Assembly (NCBI GenBank): GCA_038087875.1
Contig: CM075995.1
Location: 4,714,001 to 4,778,000 of the forward strand
Source: Malacoraja senta
Taxonomy: Eukaryota
DNA: 64,000 bases
Direction: 5' to 3'
The position numbers and the translations under genes are program-made. The notes under the pieces were generated by a model, which saw only the letters and a program-made list of their open reading frames with translations, was not told the DNA's origin and made no database searches. Shown here piece after piece: positions 62,114 to 64,000 of this stretch; the stretch's first letter is position 1, and the number at the start of each line of letters is the position of its first letter.

Positions 62114-63060
62114 TTATAAAAAGATTATGAGGGGAATAGATAGGGTGAATGATGCAGACCAGTTAAACAGTCTTATTCCCACGGTAGCTGAGATCAAGTA
62201 CCACAGGACACAGATTTAAGGGGCGAGGGGATAGATTACATAGGAACCTGAGGGGCAACTTTTTCACACTGAGGGTGATGGGGATATGGAACGAGCTGCC
62301 TGAGTCGTTAGTTGAACCAGGTGCCATAACAACATTTAAAATACATTTGGATGGGTACATGGATAGGAAAGGTTTAGAGTGATATGGGCCAAAAATGGAC
62401 AGGTGGGCCTCATGTAGATGGGGCATCTTGGTCGGCATGGGCAGGTTGGGCCGAAGGGCTTGTTTCCATGCTGTAGGACTCAATGACTCTACTATGATAC
62501 TTTATTGTGACAAGCTAATTGCATTTTGTGAAATAGATTATGTAAACAAGACAGCCTGTAATACACAGCCGGTTCCAGCGCATTGTATGGGTAATTTAAA
62601 TGCTCTATTAATCCCTTTACTTCCCCCAACTATCAGTACTTCTTAAGATTATGGATATGGAAACCCAGACATTTGGGGGACAATTTACTAGTTTACTGTG
62701 TATTTATAATCCTGCAGATAGTCTAAAACCACAGGAATCCAGAGAAGAAGAAAAAACATGGCATGTTGGGATATTAAAGTTCTGTCAATTTCTGAGTATG
62801 TACCTCCACTGTACAGCTGTCAGCCCTACTAGCGTGGGTGGTTAGTCACTCACTATGTGGATATGACTATCAGGTTTCTCCATGATCTCACATTTATTTG
62901 AATACAAGAGCAGAAATTTCAAATGGAGAACATGAAATGCTGGAACAAAGTGCTGTGTTGGAGACTGAGATCCAAGATGGCGCTCAACCCAGGCGACTAT
63001 CAGTGTGCTCGCCACAGAAGTGGATCTGCAATCACTCATCACAATCGCTCCACACCTTTA

Positions 63061-63525
63061 CATAGAAACATAGAAAATATGTGCAGGAGTAGGCCATTCG
63101 GCCCTTCGAGCCTGCACCGCCATTCAATATGATCATGGCTGATCATCCAACTCAGTATCCCATCCCTGCCTTCTCTCCATACCCCCTGATCCTTTTAGCC
63201 ACAAGGGCCACATCTAACTCCCTCTTAAATATAGTCAATGAACTGGCCTCAACTACCTTCTGTGGCAGAGAATTCCTCAGATTCACCACTCTCTATGTAA
63301 AAAATGATTTCTCATCTCGGTCCTAAAAGATTTCCCTCTTATCCTTAAACTGTGACCCCTAGTTCTGGACTTCCCCAACATCGGGAATAATCTTCCTGCA
63401 TCTAGCCTGTCCAACCCCTTAAGAATGTTGTAAGTTTCTATGAGATCCCCCCTCAATCTTCTAATTTCTAGTGTGTACAAGCCAAGTCTATCCAGTCTTT
63501 CTTCATATGAAAGTTCTGCCATCTA
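63061..63525 (-). mobile_element. CR1-type LINE 3' fragment
   Basis: Encodes LSYEERLDRLGLY..., with a 3' UTR and CATAGAAA tail repeats. Confidence 0.9.
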
Positions 63526-64000
63526 AAGTTCTGCCATCTAAAGTCCTGCCATTTAAATCTCTACTCTTATAGCAACATTTCATACTGAAGAAGGGTGTCG
63601 TCCCAAAACGTTGCCCATTCCTTTTCTCCAGTGATGCAGCTTTTTGTGTCTATCTTCGGTTTAAATCAGCATCAGCGGTTCCTTCCTACACATTTTATAC
63701 TTCAACTATGATATCTGTACACTGAATGGCTCGATTGTAATCATGTATTGTCTTTCTGCTGACTGGTTAGCATGCAACAAAAAGCTTTTCACTCTACCTC
63801 GGTACACGTGACAATAAATAAGCTAAATTAAACCAAAACTAAATGAAGCTAACTCTGCGGGTCACCCAGCATCTCTTGAGGCAATGGGTAGCTGATATTT
63901 TGAGTCAAGTCCCTTCTTTAGACTTATGGGTAGTTTGGGGCAGAGAGCAGGAAGAAAGGTTGGGACAGGACAAAGCCTGTGGCAAGTGATAGGTGGATAC

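Larger units (their letters stand above)
55380..62790 (-). pseudogene. Decayed leucine-rich-repeat receptor pseudogene, possibly TLR-like, fragmented by TEs
   Basis: Collinear minus-strand fragments with stops and frameshifts: MFFLLLWIPVVL; IEHLNYPYNAL..LSCLHNL..HNKVSCVSGAFG; ILKLYLHFNFF; QKQAFHSF; ETSAFK*PQNLT; KSLRELKYTHNK; STPPFTFQFAL; LFKNKFKQVLRNAGITSI; NIFNAVAACN. Confidence 0.55.

Overview
Vertebrate genomic DNA, inferred from its repeat content to be a cartilaginous fish (probably a skate or ray): HE1/V-SINE-like SINEs, abundant CR1-type LINEs with (ATGTTTCT)n or (ATTGTCT)n tails, and Penelope elements. Three intact spliced genes lie in the same order as human 6p22.3. They are ACOT13 (+, 3 coding exons, 141 aa), C6orf62 (-, 5 coding exons, 230 aa) and GMNN/geminin (+, one non-coding and six coding exons, 230 aa). 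Most intergenic and intronic DNA is nested transposable elements. Main observations beyond standard annotation: (1) a 139-bp retroposon with a 13-bp target-site duplication whose 5' end is a minimal HDV-like ribozyme fold (60916-61054, -); (2) a decayed, TE-fragmented leucine-rich-repeat pseudogene, possibly TLR-like, downstream of GMNN (about 55.4-62.8 kb, -), with one junction that rejoins in frame when the TE block is removed; (3) many palindromic Penelope-derived elements carrying minimal hammerhead motifs; (4) minisatellite arrays of CRE, E-box and CCAAT motifs at both the C6orf62 and GMNN promoters, the GMNN array being split by a LINE. Exon coordinates were read by hand from splice sites. 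Repeat boundaries are approximate.
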